Source of the DNA: Marsupella aquatica
Taxonomy: Eukaryota; Plantae; Marchantiophyta
Length of the DNA: 64,000 nt
Direction of reading: 5' to 3'
NCBI GenBank assembly: GCA_973895155.1
Contig: OZ316894.1
Coordinates: forward strand, 26,149,240-26,213,239
The notes below the pieces were generated by a model. That model ran no database searches, was not told the origin of the DNA, and saw only the letters and a program-made list of their open reading frames with translations. The translations under genes were made by a program, and so were the position numbers. Below, one piece after another: positions 14,001 through 26,800 of this stretch. How positions within the stretch are numbered: the stretch's first letter is position 1; each line of letters begins with the position of its first letter.

Positions 14001-17000
14001 AGCAGTATAACCCCATCTATTAGGGGCAGCACCAGCTATGTAGGCACATGCTCGTTCATCTGTGTCCTTGAGAAACACCTACAAAAATCAAAGCGATCTG
14101 TAAGCAGACTAGTCGCCGAATGTATCGTCAGTTCACCAATCTGAAAGCAGTGCAGAAAAGAAACATAAGCTCGGTAGCGCAGGTTTCTTCATGGTCAGAT
14201 TCTTACTTTTTGATGCCTGACATCAGAAATCGGGAAAGGGTCAATAACCACAGGTTTTTCCTCGGCTTCTATAACTTTGCGGAGGGCAGGATTACTTTCA
14301 GGTGCGACGGTACCAATGTATGAGAGTAGACATGACTCGACCTCTTCCTCTGTGAAGTCGCCAACAACACAAACCTGCACGTAGCAACTCCCAAAGTCAA
14401 GTCGGTAATGCAGTGGGCTTCAATCTCACACTGAAGCTCAAAATTCATGATAAAAAGAAGTCGGCATTTCTGGAACCGAATCAGGATAACCGCAACACTA
14501 CTAACCTCCATATTACCAGCCACCAACTGTCTCATTACAGCCTCTCTGACAACTGGTAATGTCAGTCTCTCAATAGCTTGTGGAGACGGCTCAATAAATC
14601 TCTCCTCATCTTTAAACATGGCCCGCATAAGCCTGTGTGCTGTTGCTCGCTCTAGGCTCTTTGGCATAGATCTATAGTGTGAAAGATACAGCTGCTTTGC
14701 TCTATCCAAGGCATCCTCAAGCCACACATTGTGCTGCAATACTCAACAGTACGATTAAGGACAATTCAAAACTGAACATGAAAACCGTATGGTGGCAACA
14801 TGAAACTTGGTGTAAAATGTACGAGCTATGACATGTTCAGGTATTTATCAAAGAGAAGAAATATCGGACCCTGTATCAGGTGCCTCAATGCTGTAATACC
14901 AGTCATTACTTTCACAACGATTTGAGGAGACTCATAAATCTTGAAGGGCGCTCATATTTCAGGAAGACACATTTACCCCACAACCTGACGTATATGGAAA
15001 AGAATATGTTTTTTGCCCAATAGCCATTTGACTCACCTAACTTGGACTTGACATTCACAAGACCACGTGAGACACGACTTCATTACCTGAAGGTAAAGAG
15101 CTAAAATAAACAATAATTCTACTACCCACACCAAGTTGTCATCTGAACTTCCAAGGACTCACTTATAATCGTAGTCTTACCTCCCATAAAATTTAACACT
15201 ACTTTTCGGAAAACGTGTGCCTTAGCTTTCAAGCCACATGATTTCTGCCCGGGACATTGTGATAAGACGAATGATTGGGACTAGGCAACAGTCAAGAGAC
15301 CGATAAAAGAAACTGACCTCAAGCACCATGTGCAACAGCTGAAAGGTGGCACGCATCCCACCATCACGAAGGGTAAAATGGAAGTCCATACACATAAATT
15401 CCTCATCCGCTTCCAGTACACAGTTGATCAAATTTCCAACACAAAACAGCTCCACCTGTCCCATTACCATTGTTATGGGTGCCTCATAAATGAAAAATTA
15501 ATAACCAAGCCTTGATCTCCAGATTATGAAAGGAAATCAGCTGTAACGACATGTACCAACTGAACCAGGTTACAATATTTGCATTAGGTACTGCAACCTG
15601 AAAAGCTTGCTGGTAACGGAACCAGCCCTTATCAGATCATGTCAACCTAACTATTATGGAAAGCATTTTTCACATTGTTGAAGGCAGTTGAGAATAACAG
15701 CAACCAGCTAGTTCATACCTGCTCTCTAGAAAAGCCACCAACAGCACCCCCTTCACTAAGAGTACGAACGCCCACTGCAACAGCTCCACTTGCATCCGGA
15801 CGCTCTCGGGCCCTTCCTCCTGCCACGACTAACCGCATGACACCTCCCTTTGCTTCATTTTGGGTAATCTTTGCATCCAAAGAGTCAGAAAAGACAAAAT
15901 TTATCAATTTCTTTGTGTAAAAGGCCAAAGCACTGGAGAATGAAGAGCCACCAGAGCCCCAGCTGGTCATGGACAAGAACTATAGCATTAAGTCTTCCAT
16001 ACCATTTTCCAATAATGGGCTGACCAGCAATCCTAAGCTGCGACTACAGGAATGCTCCCACGAACTCAATATCGCTACCTTGTAATTGACACGAATGCCG
16101 TTTGACAAACGTCTCTGAACCACTCCAGTAGCCCCATCCACAAATTTGGCCGAGTTTCCTTGCTCTGCGTCACTAACAAATGATGGTTGTCTCCTTAATC
16201 GCAGCGCTGCTAACTGTAAAGGAGAAACAAGCTCCTTTGGCACCTCCAACTGCATCGCGCGTAAACACGTCAGCCTTGGGCAAAATTAAAAAGAACACTC
16301 AGTAGCAGGAATATATCTGGTTTGGACACGGACAATATCGAGCCAGTCTAGGCAATGAAAAAGGGGGGCCAGGGAGAACATTCAGCAAATAAGTAGATAA
16401 TCAAAACCAACAGAGAACTACAGAATCTGTGAAACCCTTGGAAATTAAGGAAAATCTGAATGCGACTATAGAGATAGTAGAATATGACCTCAGGTTCAGG
16501 ACTCAATGTTCCCGTCAAGCCTTCCAATACTCCATCCAGAATTGCCTCAGGGGTTATATCGAACGGGCTGTCTCCAACACCGTCCACATGCAGAGTTTTG
16601 GGTACGCAGGCAACTATAGCAGATGGCAAAGGAGCAGTTGACCTTCCAAAGTCAGCTACGTAGTTCAGCATTTCTCCTGCCGTTGCATTCACCTGTTCGC
16701 GCCCAAACCAAAAAGGATCCACCTCATTACAGTGCATGTCAAGACTATTTACTAAAACTAATCAGATGGATGTTCATGTCCAAAGAACAGGAAAGGTTCA
16801 TGCTACTCACATCTTCAAGCGTGACAGTTTCTGCCACTGCCATTAAACTCTCATGTCCCTGCTGCTGATCCATGACAGTGTGCCCCAGAGCATCACTTTC
16901 CATGATGAAATCAAGATTGTCCACAGATGGGACATTGTCAATCATAGCTGCCAAGTGTTCACTGTCCTTGAGAAGAGCATTTAGATAGCGAGCGAGCTCT

Positions 17001-20000
17001 CCTCTTGTTACACCAAACTCTTTCAGCCTCCTTACCTGCAAAAAACGGTGCGCACGAAGGGTTCATTCATAGCAGACAGCTAGGGCAAGGTTTGATTTGA
17101 CTTACGCTGTGAGGACTAAAGGTTCAGGTTTTCTAAATTGGGAAACTTTTGGATTGTTATGATGAACGTAGCGATACGACACTTGCACAATTTTCTCATT
17201 AAATACATGTGATCAGTAGGGATTCAGTATTAATTCGTACTCATATCAAGTTCAAAGTACAAGGGTTGACTGAATGTCCCCCTTCCAGTCCTGATAGCAA
17301 GGATATTTAATTTTCCAATCTGCTTGACTAGATGCCACATATGACATTCAAGATCATATAGCTAAGCTTGAAAAGTCGATTGTAACCTAAGCTAAATCAC
17401 ACAAGCGGTCACACTCGGTACAAACCTCTTGAACTCCAACTTTTACTGCCCCCAGCCAATGCCTTGGCTCTGAAGTGATAGTCAATGTGCTGACAGCACA
17501 CCCTTCCCTTCCTGAATCACTATGATCCAGCTCTATGGCATTAAATGGTGGATTTGCACTCTGCAAGACCGCCAGAAATCGTACAATCGAAGAACGTGTG
17601 AGCAAATGCAACGCCAAACCGCTTAAATAATCTTCACCAGAAAACGAACTATAAAACTCGAAATAGAAGAAAAATTAAAGAAGTCAAGAGGACCGAGAGC
17701 GACTGACTGTAACCTAGCAACTTAACACTTTTCTTGTCCTGCGAAGAACAATTGAACTGAAGATTCTCTTCAAATGAAAACCAACATCACAACTGACAGC
17801 CTAAAATCAAGTCATGTTCCACTCCATCCCTTTCTGACTACCGAACCCGACCTTGTAACGTGTGTTGATTCTGAACTGAAGCGTTGAAAGAACAATTCTC
17901 CGCATTAACACATCACGCAAATCTGAAAAAACCTGCACTTTTTGCACTGGAGTCTGCAGCAATAGATCATTGGTCAATTCAGTATTCGTGACCAACTCAG
18001 CAGCATTTTTTAGGCAGCTCCCATAGGACGACAAAGAGCAGATATACATCAAAGCAGATATGAGCTGCTGGTGCACACTCTGCTATCAAGGCAAGTTGCC
18101 GTGCGTACGGAATTGCAAAAATGCGTGGGTTCCTTCCATCAACAGACCTCCGCATCCCTCCTATGTTCCAATATAAATTTAAACCAGAGTGGAATTACCT
18201 TACAAAACAAACTTATAGAGAAATTTTGCAGAAGCTCGTGCTGAAACACAAATGGTCGCTTCATCAATCCAGAAGCAGAAGGAATAGAAAATTTATGCTG
18301 CACTGGTGGTCTTAGAGCATGTCTCTCCTTCACCGTCGGTGGCACTGGAACTGACGAATCAACAGGTTGTTCAAGAGCTGGAGGTGTTGATCCAAATTGT
18401 GCCTGTGAGACCATGTTCATGTATAAAATCAATTCCAACTTGCATCAAAACAACTGCTCCATCCAGAACACCACACAGTCTTGGTATCACTTCCAGGAAG
18501 ACACCATTCACATGCTTTTCTTCGTTTGATTTGTTTTTCCCTCGTAGTTCAGTTCTTTCCACAGCTACAGATAAAAGCTACCGTACGTTCAAACGCGAAG
18601 AATAATTAGCCTTTAAAAAACTCTGAAATACTGTTCAAACAGCCAACATATTCAGCACTAACATTATTGCCAATGCAATCATAACGTACCTCAATCATTT
18701 GGAGTGTCCGACTAACACTGCCTATATCTCCTACAATGAAAAGTGTCGCATTCGCTGGGAAATACCAACGTTGATGAAAAGCCTTAATGGTTTCCGGATC
18801 CCATTTTTTGATCTGGTCTTCAAGTCCTATTGGAAACCTGTAGCCCAGCATATTCTCGGAATGCAACTGCTGCAGAAGCTGCATGTTGATAGATTTGCAA
18901 ACATTCAAGTGAGAGATAGGCAGCCTGCAACTTAAACTGAAGGACCATCTAAAGCATTTCTAAACGTCTATCTGCCCCGGTGAGACGGCTCAGGAGTGGC
19001 GCTCTGGAGATGTGAAAATGCAAATTAATTTTTTTTACAGCAGACATTAATCAGTCGACTTCTCCCGGAATAAATCTGAGTGTAACCTCTCACTCACATC
19101 AGAAGTAAATTGCGTCCAAAACTCGGTACTGTAAGAAATGCGAAGGAGGAGTAATTCCTTAGCCGTCATATACAGCTGGAAACTTGTCTACAGTTTGATC
19201 AGATAATTGATATTTACGATGGCCATTACCTGACAGTCAACTCTATACTCAATAGTATTCATCATCTGCAGCTCAGACAAGACAGCTCTGCGCTCCTTCT
19301 CCACGCGTGAAGGTAGGAACTTTGGTCTAAATGCAATCTGCGACAACCCAATGTGATCACGATTAAATAGCAGGTTGATCATGATGCCAGTAATATATGG
19401 CATACGCAATGCCTATCGACCAAAGACTACCAGGTTCAGTGTCAACCAACCTCATGCAGAGCTTCCAGGACCAGGGGGAGCAATGGCTCATCTGACCCCT
19501 GGGCTGTGACAGGTGAATGGACATGGAACACAGTATGATGGAAATCTGTATACGCATTCGATCGCGCGCCAGTTCCCAGTAGTTTTTCACGCTTCTTACT
19601 GCCGAGGAAAGCAACATGCTCTATCATATGTGCTATACCCTGCTCGTCTTCGCGTTCATCTACTGATCCCACGTGCATCTCCATATGTGCTTCAAACCTG
19701 TACACAGTACAATTCCCAAGTCGAATTGAATGCCAATAGAAGGCAATAAAAAATGAGAAAATTTGTCTATAATTGAAGAAAGACCAGAAATATTTGATGC
19801 CATTCGAGAATTGCATCCATGGTGGGAAGGACGAGATATTCTTGTTCCCTACCTATTGGGAGGAACTTTATTTGGCAGTATGACATATCGAAGACCGTTG
19901 CTAAGCTGCCCTCGATGCAGTTTTGGATGAGATGGCAACTTTGAATGCAGAAATTCTTTAATTTCTTCATGTTCGGCCATCGTCCTTTCCAAAAACTCCT

Positions 20001-21272
20001 CCGACCCATCTTTCTCACGCACACCCTCCTCGGGCATCCACGTAAGGTTGGCAGCATGAGGTTCATTGGGTCCAGTAGATGCGCACAGTGCTGTACCTCT
20101 CGAATGCAAAGACTGTCCAAATATACCAAAAGGATATCTTAAGCAACGCTGATAACGGCACTGAAATCCAACTGACTAGCTGGGTTCAACTACTGTACAC
20201 TTCAGTTCAATTCAGGATAGATCTGAACGAACCTTAGAAAATACTTCAAAACCCTTACACATTCAGTATCCGCAAACTATCGAGAGCTCACCAGTCCAGG
20301 AGTGGTGCATCCATTTGAAAACTTGCGTCTGTCGTAGGAGGAATCATCTACATTGTGCCTGGGGATTACAGCCCTCAAGCTGCTGTTGGACAACCTTCCA
20401 GATGTCTCTGTTGCACCAAATCTACGACTTTCAAGGCATCTCCATGCACCTCTCCTGCCTAAAAGCGTTGCGGGTGAGCTTGATGAACGAAGTTGAACTT
20501 CTAGTAATCCATCTCCACCGGTAATAGCTTTCCTTTGGAGAGCCGTAAAGTCCTCAGAAAAATTCTCTTCCCCTTGAGGCCACCTACATTGACACGAAAC
20601 CGAAGCTCTAAATCACTAGAATATAATACTTCAATAGTTATAATAGATCGCCTTCGACGCCAAAGACTGGCGATTCCAAAAGATACCGCAATGTATGTTA
20701 CTATCAGGACACGACGTAGCTCTCTAGGTCTCACCGAGAGGTTCAAGAGAAAACATCTCCAGTTTACGGGGGTAGAGTGAACTTGACAAGAAAGCGATTC
20801 CAGTTTCTCTGTTTGCATGTGCGTTTCCATTTGTGTGCGAGATTGAACCAGCAAGTCACGAGAGTTAACATCGTGCCGAAGTTCCTACCTAACATAATTC
20901 GGTCGTTTAGAGGCACCTAGGACAAATGTAAATTTATCAACAACGCTAAAAATTCAGGTTTTAAACGAAACTAGCACGATCTTAAACAGCAACGAACAAA
21001 GTAGAAACAATTTCAGAATCGATCTTTCCTCGCTGTCCTTCAAAACAACAGCGGAAGGCAACTCACCTTAGCCTCGACTGTGTGACACGGCAGACGCGTC
21101 GTGTTGGCCTACTGGATTTGATAAATACAGGCGTGGAGTGACAACAAAGGCACACCGATGTGGCGGCAGGCACCGGTTTCGAAGACTGCCTCTTGCTACT
21201 GCTGTTAAATCCATCCACCATGGACCTGCTACAAGTTAAAGAGACAGACCCCGCCATCGCCATGGAGGCCAT
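11022..21272 (-). CDS. SPP: Stromal processing peptidase, chloroplast (M16 zinc metallopeptidase)
   Basis: 23 coding exons on the minus strand: 21272-21067, 20583-20292, 20112-19853, 19697-19451, 19337-19230, 18878-18690, 18402-18199, 17953-17852, 17560-17426, 17035-16811, 16692-16489, 16249-16079, 15868-15719, 15455-15318, 14733-14506, 14374-14207, 14078-13949, 13571-13433, 12476-12356, 12204-12124, 11825-11724, 11430-11253, 11092-11022. S/R-rich transit peptide, GPNEPHAA, LPSHPKLHRGQLSNGLRYVILPN, inverted zinc motif HMIEH, GARSNAYTDFHHTVFH and C-terminal MTRPTT*. Confidence 0.95.
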
Positions 21273-21859
21273 CTAGTCTCGTCCTGTTCAACCTGTTCCT
21301 TCGTCCGCCCTGAAGAATGGACCTGTTCCCGCCTCTTAAGACTCTCCCGGAGGCGCAACCACAGAGCGATTCTCCAACCTGTGCCAAGCTCGGTGCACGA
21401 GCTCCTCCTAGCAGAATCTAAGCCCTGTGCTCTAGAATACACCTGCATCCATAGCAAGCATGCCCCATGATCTCCATATTATAGCGAAGAAGACCAATTT
21501 CGATTCCTGGCCCTCCTCGCACGCGGCCAGAGGACAAATTTACAAATTCTGTAGTGCCAATTCCACAGATCCTCTACCGTTCCGCTAAACTCCTACTCTC
21601 GCATCCACGCGTAATGTCAGGCAGCTGCCGCACTAAAGTTGTGAGATAGGGCAGCACAGCAGCTGCAAAATCCACCAACATACCAACTGAAACACATGAG
21701 CATTTCCTCCACCACTCACTCCCCGAAAATAGGTCACAGTCTCCCAACAAACAAACAGAATCAATCCGTCCATCTCTCATGCAACGACAACAACGACTCC
21801 GTCAGCAGTAGAATTTCTCCCTCTAGACCAAACGAAGAAACACGCACTCTATATTCCTC

Positions 21860-22180
21860 AGAATTAGCGATCACTCGAAACAAAACTCAAAACACTCTCC
21901 GTTCCTTACCAGAAATCACTCGACACAAAACTCAAAGCACTGGACAGCAAAAGCAAATACATGACGGCACCCCGACCATCGTCAATCAATTAAGTCCACT
22001 GGCTCCTCCAAACCTTCAGCAACTCTCGACCAATTCAAAAAAACTCGCTCTCATCGAATTCTCAGAAATCACTCGAAACAAGGCGCAAAGCTCTCCACAA
22101 AAGAAAAAAAACAAGTCCTTCACGACACCCCCACCATCCTCAGTCAATTTAGTCCACTCGCTCCTCCGAACCTTCATCTT
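21860..22180. repeat. Internal duplications in the putative SPP 5'UTR intron
   Basis: ATCACTCGA(A/C)ACAA occurs at ~21870, 21915 and 22067. ACCATC.TCA.TCAATT.AGTCCACT.GCTCCTCC.AACCTTCA occurs at ~21975 and ~22133. Confidence 0.65.
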
Positions 22181-22759
22181 CAAAAACAAAGACAACAAAG
22201 ACACCAACACAACCACAACCAAGGACGCACCCCGTGGCCCCGAATCTCGACGGCAACTCCTCTCGATGAGACTGGCTATCGATCGAGAAGCGCCCGGACT
22301 CCCGGATTGTATCTGAAACGATTGTGAAACCAAAGGACAACCACTTAACTAAAAAAAGGGCCAACGAAGAACAGACAAACGAACTAGAAAAGAGTCCAAA
22401 GAGGACCACAGAGAGCACCAAAATTACACGAAACAATAATCTACGGAATTCTCTACGAGATGAAGAACACTAACCCCAGATGAAGGTGCAGAAAGCTATG
22501 GAGAATCAAGCCACCGATCAAACCAACGGAGGACGGGATTAATAATTATTCCCCTCCATCCGTGAAGGTGTGAACTCCTTCTTCACAACGAAGAAAGGAG
22601 AAAGAGAAAAGAGGGGGATATCCATAATAGGAACACGAAAAACAACGAGAGGGCGTGAATGGCGATCAGAGTCTCTCGACCTATCGCGGGTTTGTTCTGT
22701 AGATCGCGGGCCCGGTTGGCTGCCCGAGGTCACGGGCGGATGGTGGGCCCGGGCCGGTT

Positions 22760-22800
22760 GCTTCTGGCCGGGAATCGGGAATGTTCTTATAGAGAGAGAG
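22760..22800 (-). promoter_or_regulatory. Putative core promoter (TATA-like TATAAG) of SPP, upstream of a long intron-containing 5' leader
   Basis: The minus strand reads TCTCTCTATAAGAAC around 22790. A GC-rich leader follows, then a donor GGG|GTTAGT near 22473, a T-rich intron-like tract and an acceptor CTACAG near 21550. Confidence 0.35.
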
Positions 22801-23621
22801 GGGGGCTGGCTGGACAGACGGAGGACAGACGGAGGACAGACGGTGGAGGAGCGTGGCCGTTATCCTTACCGGTCTACAGTAGCAGTACTCCGGAATCTCC
22901 CAGGGGAAAAACAAATTGGTCAGAACAAATTGGTCCGTCCCTGTGTCCGTTGGTTACGGACCCCACTAGAGGTCCCTTCCAAAATTCCTGGCACCAGAGC
23001 GTGCCACGTCAATAACAACCGCAACAAACAAGACTCGTCGGTTTTGTGAATCAAACTTTAAATTTTTCTTCGTGTTTGCATCAATTTGGGTGTAAATTTT
23101 GGGACACCATGCCGTAAAAAGAAATGTAAAATAATTAGAAATGTAAAGAGCAAGATGGTTAAAACTGTCACTATGTAACCATTTTAGTTACATTTCCAAT
23201 TTTAAAACTTCAATTCAAAAATTTATAAAAAATATGTTTCATAAAATAAATAATGACTAGTAACTAACTTGATAACTTCCTTGTTAAAGGGTAATTGGCA
23301 CCTGGAGTAAGATTTCCGGCCCAATGCAATCAAGGGAAACTGCTAGCCATGGTCCGAACTTGAACATTGAACGACCTGGTATAATTCATTTGATCAGATA
23401 TTCATCTAATTACAAATGAATTTGTCACACATTGAATTCTGACTCTTGTAGCTTGAGAATTTGATAGCATGTAACGAAAAAACCTGATTTTGACAACTCC
23501 TTGTGATAACCATGCTCTCAATTAGCCAAGGGGTCCACGAACTAATTTAGAAGTGTGAGAAAGACAAGACGGACACTTCTAGATTCAGGTTTCATCCTAG
23601 CCGTACGATTAGGGTGACCAG

Positions 23622-23970
23622 TTTTAGCTTTGGTTTGCCCAAGCCTACATGGCATTGGTACTGTGATTTTAGCTTTGGTTTGCTCAAGCCTACATGGCAT
23701 TTAGTGCGTCCCGATGCATACAAGATGAATTGTGACTTGTAGGCTGGTTTTGTGGCCAAAGCGTAGATAGTGGTGGTCTCAATTGTTGTCTACTAGGTGT
23801 TTTGGAATGGATTCCCCACACATGCCAAATTCATTTCTCTGGGGACTACAGGATGAATTGTGACTTATTTTGTGGCCAAAGTGTAAAGAGGTGGTCTAAG
23901 CTGTTCTCCTCTTGGTCTCTTGGAATGCATGGTTGCCTTTCCCCACACATGCCAATTCATTTCTCTTGGG
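23622..23970. repeat. Two adjacent tandem duplications (45 bp near-perfect; ~125 bp diverged)
   Basis: TTTTAGCTTTGGTTTGC(C/T)CAAGCCTACATGGCATT occurs twice. GATGAATTGTGACTT...TTTTGTGGCCAAAG...TTCCCCACACATGCCAA..TTCATTTCTCT then occurs twice. Confidence 0.75.
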
Positions 23971-25069
23971 CAGGGAAGCCTAGTTTGGGGCTGAAAATGG
24001 GCCACTCGATTTAATCAGGGAAAAGTACTACTGTCCATCCAGTCATCCTTCTAAAGTATTTATCCTGGGTAGTTGTTAGAGTAAGAACACAGTACTGCTG
24101 GGAACATTGCGCCATGCAAGTGCATAGTTGACTTTTTCATGAAATGCAGCACATGTCACATTAGGACTTGATGTTATTCCGATGAAAATCCAAGTCACAA
24201 TATAATGGCTTGCACAACAGGTCCATTCTGCATCTTAGAGCTGACAGTGGTGACAGACATCTAGTCTAGATACACTCATGAAATGCCAGCTTTTTTTCCT
24301 CTGTACCTTTGTCAAGCTAAGTAGTTTTTTTTCCTTGAAAACTGAAACCAGGCCCCTCCAACTGAGGATAGATCTGGAGCATGGCATTCTATGTAGAGTA
24401 ACCACAAGGGGACAATACCCATGGATTCACTACCAGCCCAGAAAGCTCCACTTTCCCTTCTTGGACCCCTTTATTTCACTCTGGATAAATCTTCCATAAA
24501 TGGTATGGCCTGGTGGATCAAGGTCCGATGAGGAAGAGGGAAGCTTTAGAGCTTTTAGTGCTAAGGGTGGTATGTTTAACCAATTGTGACCTGGGCAACA
24601 ATCTACACTATTAAGATAACAAAGGGATTATTCAACCTCGGTTTGATATCAAATACACAATCTAATGTTGGGACGGTATGTAATTTGGGTTTGTGAAGTT
24701 CAGGCTCCAGTTTAAATGAACCTTGACAGAAAATAGACAGATTCAATATGTGTTTGGTTGGACATTATTGTCCAGGTTTATCTTTTTTGCAATTAAATTC
24801 AATTGATGTTTGCAAAGAAAGGAGCTACTCCTCTCTGGACTGACCAGATCCCACTAGATCTTCTTCTCTTCACACTCTAAAGTGGCATAGATTCAATCCC
24901 CTGAGCTCCATGGTCATTTTAGTTCTCACATAATTCATGTTGGAACGAGATACCCATAAATGAGGTTTAGGGTTAGGTTTAGAGATTTGGTGCAAACAAA
25001 CAGACGGAACAAGGTCGTAGATTCCCAAAGGCTGTAGTTCCCAAGGCTGTAGTCAGGAACATAAAGACA

Positions 25070-25224
25070 AAGTTCCCATAGACCATGGGAGAAGGAACAT
25101 AAATTTGTGCTTTCAAAGAGGAAACTCTGACGAAGTTCCCATAGACCATGGGAGAAGGAACATAAATTTGTGCTCTCAAAGAGGGAACTCTAGTGACCAT
25201 GGGAGAAATAACATAAATTTGTGA
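25070..25224. repeat. 63-bp tandem repeat, ~2.5 copies
   Basis: AAGTTCCCATAGACCATGGGAGAAGGAACATAAATTTGTGCT(T/C)TCAAAGAGG(A/G)AACTCT occurs twice, plus a partial third copy. Confidence 0.85.
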
Positions 25225-26629
25225 GTAACTCTAGTATGTTGGCTATGGTGTCTGAGTACGATGATTACTTAATTTTTTCACGATTGTGTACTTGAAAAAT
25301 AAACAAACGATTCTGTATCTGAGCCAAACACTGAGCCAATCGAGGGCTGACTGACTTCGACCTGACCGCAACAGAACTGAACCTCGAAGAATTTCGGCAC
25401 TGGAAACGACATAAATTAATAGAGAGGTTTCGCAGACCAGTGGAGTATCCACAGAAGAGTCACTCATTTTGCTCGAGTCCACCGAAGTACATCCGGTTTT
25501 GGCTGCGCTCTGACTTAATTGCCGCTCACTGAACGAGTGACTGCGGTGTACGTAAGCCTTTCAATTCGTTCTCGCAGGAGACGGAAAGTAAACTAACAAA
25601 TATTGGTGAGACGTCCACTGGCTTGTAGATATCTGATTAATTTGCACACTCAGGTAATGGTTTGGTAGGGTCATGTATACACCGATGAATTTTGCCGAAG
25701 GTATATAGCCATTTACATCTAACCTCTGACATGCAAGCCCAGAATTCAAACTGGCCGGTCTAGTTTGAAAGCATTTCCTTTGGCTCGAGTAAATTTCATT
25801 TCAACATCATACATTCCCGCAAAGAGTAAGGCTTGGAGTTGATCTGATATAGACATTGATATGTGTGTTCGTTTGTAGTAAGTTGGAGTCTGAGATAGAG
25901 CAACGATGGTGTCCCATCCGGAGTCCCATCGGTACCAATGCAGATTCTCGAGAACTGACCTTGTTCCTTCTGTTTGTTTGCAGGTCATGCCCACTCCGCT
26001 GTGTGAAAAAGTCAACCTCTAATAGTGGGTTTCAGCTCGGACAAGCATGAGAGTGACCCAGCTACGTGCAATTCTCACAGTTGTATACAGTGAAGAGATA
26101 ATGTGCGATCCGCAATGTTGGAGGGCCTTGGGAATCTACGACTGTACGTCACAAATGTACACAGAAGTGACTTTACCGTGTTGCGTTTCTTCTGGCTATC
26201 TGATGCAAGGACAAACCGCAGTAGCCCAGGCCATGGGATCTTTTGGGGTACCTCTAATCCATAATAAGTAGACTATGAATGAAGATGTCCAGTGATAGGA
26301 CTTAATAAGGCCGGGATATCGTTCACTCTTCTTGAAAGTACTCTACAGTCTCAACTCTGAATAAAACGTCTTTCCGGCCTTCGTTTTGCTATAACTCTGT
26401 CTGAGTGCACGAAAGTACTTTCCCGAACGAACAGGTTGTGACGCTTAGCTTATTAGCTGTGGGTTCCACCAACGCATAGACTGCCACGCTAATGAGACTC
26501 GTCTAAGTGAAACATCGAGCTCCTTCGACCAATATCGACAGGCTTGAGCATAATCGGGATATTAAGCATACAGGACTTCAAGCGAAGAAGTATCATCATC
26601 GAATTCTCTATGGCCCCTTCGTTCACTAC

Positions 26630-26800
26630 AAAGTTGCAAGGCCTCACTTCAGTAACGAGCTATCGTCATCCATTTCTCTATCGCCTTCATTCTTTGCAAA
26701 TTTGCAAGGCCTCACTTCCCTGACGAGCTATCGTCGTCGAGTTTTCGATTGCCTTCTTTCACTGTAAATTAAGTTTGCAAGGCCTCAGTTCAATGACGCG
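26630..26800. repeat. Degenerate ~70-bp tandem repeat, 3 copies
   Basis: TTGCAAGGCCTCA(C/G)TTC occurs at ~26634, 26702 and 26775. The first two copies continue ACGAGCTATCGTC.TC. Confidence 0.65.

Noticed and set aside
20125-20140. ATATCCTTTT on the minus strand, matching the U12 (AT-AC) donor consensus
   Set aside because: It lies just upstream of a normal AG acceptor inside a GT-AG intron, and the flanking exons join in frame without it.
21696-23049. Long plus-strand ORFs (206 and 159 aa)
   Set aside because: They are antisense to the T-rich SPP leader intron and GC-rich promoter, with biased composition and no recognisable domain.
24963-24982. Telomere-like GGTTTAGGGTTAGGTTTAG
   Set aside because: Only about three imperfect units, too short to call an interstitial telomere.
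26630-26800. Three regularly spaced TTGCAAGGCCTCA repeats resembling a mini-CRISPR
   Set aside because: The intervening sequences are related to each other, so this is a degenerate tandem duplication.
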